From an uncultured Chloroflexia bacterium (lineage in GTDB: Bacteria > Chloroflexota > Chloroflexia > QHBQ01 > JADMIH01): a stretch of DNA of 64,000 nt. Each line of letters starts with the position of its first letter. Position 1 is the stretch's first letter. Positions 62,990 to 64,000 of the stretch are shown in pieces. Location of the stretch: assembly GCA_963797095.1 (NCBI GenBank), contig CAWCNY010000005.1, positions 128,001 to 192,000 of the forward strand. The letters run 5' to 3'. The notes below the pieces were generated by a model. The model saw only the letters and a program-made list of their open reading frames with translations. It did no database searches and had not been told where the DNA came from. Both the position numbers and the translations under genes were made by a program.

Positions 62990-64000
62990 TTGCGTAAGAA
63001 GCAAGCGCTCCTTTTACTCTTCGCGGCATTCCTCTCCACCACGCTCTTGATAACGCCCGCCACGCAGGATGCGCGGGCTAATCCTTTTTCCGGCCATAAG
63101 CCTGGGCAATCCGGCACCATTCCGGAGACAATTGACGCCTGGAGCAGCCCAATTGTTGCCTCTACGCGCAGTGGCTACCAGAACTTTGGCTCAATAGCTG
63201 CTTCGCCCGTCGATGGCTCGGCTGATATAGCTTGGGCATTTGCCGGGTCGAGTAATAACGCGGAGATTATCGTATCGGGCAATTCTTCATTAGGGGGAGC
63301 CTTCTCCGACCGCACCGTAGCAAGCGGCCAGGTAGATCTCCTTGGCGGTGCTGCTACTGCGCACGATAGCCTGGGTCGAACACATGTCCTCTACTGGAAA
63401 TGGCCACCATCCAGTGTTCTTTGTGACTACTATGCACTTCTAGATGCCAACCATAATGTGCTGGTGAACGAGGCGATTCCCGGTACGTGCGAAAATGGCG
63501 TGCCCCGCAAGTTGCTCGCGGTCGCGGTTGACAGCAACTTGACCGTCCATGTGGCCCTGGCCCGCGACCAAACTCCAGGCAGTCTCATGTACTGGGAGCG
63601 TTCCAATTCGGGCACCTGGACCGTGCAACGGGAAACTATACCTGGGACATGTTCGCCAGGCGATATCTCGATTGCCGTCACCACGGCGAACACGGTTATG
63701 GTGGTCCGAAGAGATTGTCCCTTATCAGGAACTGGAACGGACATTTATTCGTCAGTTCGTAATTCACCCGGCAATTGGACGACAGATAATATCTCGTCCT
63801 CCTGTTGCAGCTATTGCCCGAACCAATCAAACGCTTATCTGCCCGACATTTTTGCAGCGTCAGATGGCGGTATCCGTGCAGCCTGGGCTGACGGTCGATG
63901 TGGCTCGCATGATACTGACATCTACTATAGAGAGTGGGTTCCGAGTACCGGCTGGAATGGCAAGCCCATTGTCCAGGTTGTGAACAACAGCGGCGCTTCA
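62990..64000 (+). CDS. paralogue of the 60621 protein (runs off window)
   Basis: GGAGG RBS with TTG; LRKKQALLLL signal; IAASPVDGS, GVPRKLLAVAVDSNLTVH, ISSSCC..CPN..NAYLP closely match the upstream gene. Confidence 0.85.
   Translation, partial: MRKKQALLLLFAAFLSTTLLITPATQDARANPFSGHKPGQSGTIPETIDAWSSPIVASTRSGYQNFGSIAASPVDGSADIAWAFAGSSNNAEIIVSGNSSLGGAFSDRTVASGQVDLLGGAATAHDSLGRTHVLYWKWPPSSVLCDYYALLDANHNVLVNEAIPGTCENGVPRKLLAVAVDSNLTVHVALARDQTPGSLMYWERSNSGTWTVQRETIPGTCSPGDISIAVTTANTVMVVRRDCPLSGTGTDIYSSVRNSPGNWTTDNISSSCCSYCPNQSNAYLPDIFAASDGGIRAAWADGRCGSHDTDIYYREWVPSTGWNGKPIVQVVNNSGAS

Overview
Bacterial chromosome segment, most likely Chloroflexota (16S signatures, many SLH-domain surface proteins). 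Positions 1-33.3 kb are mostly housekeeping: ssb, rpsF, RlmD-like methyltransferase, c-di-AMP receptor, TatD, LysR, lipB/lipA with a 2-oxoacid dehydrogenase E1a/E1b/E2 cluster, cinA, groES, UbiA, recR, a stand-alone 16S rRNA gene with an extra helix, an OatA-like acyltransferase, a MoxR-DUF58-VWA operon and ftsH. This part hides a 130-bp MITE and a 309-bp non-coding IS200/IS605-type element that splits a Uma2 gene and appears to carry its own promoter and an omegaRNA-like structured RNA. Positions 33.5-58.9 kb are a four-level nest of mobile elements, each with a readable target-site duplication: IS66 (8 bp) > 23.6-kb Tn3-family transposon (5 bp) > passenger-carrying IS21 (6 bp) > ISAzo13 (3 bp), plus IS6 copies. 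The Tn3 cargo is cell-envelope genes. It includes two parallel cassettes of a membrane-anchored TolB-like propeller followed by a secreted peptidoglycan hydrolase with LGFP-like and SLH domains (amidase in one, M23 in the other). Both hydrolases appear inactivated while their partners are intact, suggesting a polymorphic effector/immunity-like system. A perfect 50-bp palindrome follows the M23 gene. The window ends in tandem paralogous propeller surface proteins (the first SLH-anchored). All family assignments are by motif recognition; no database searches were run.
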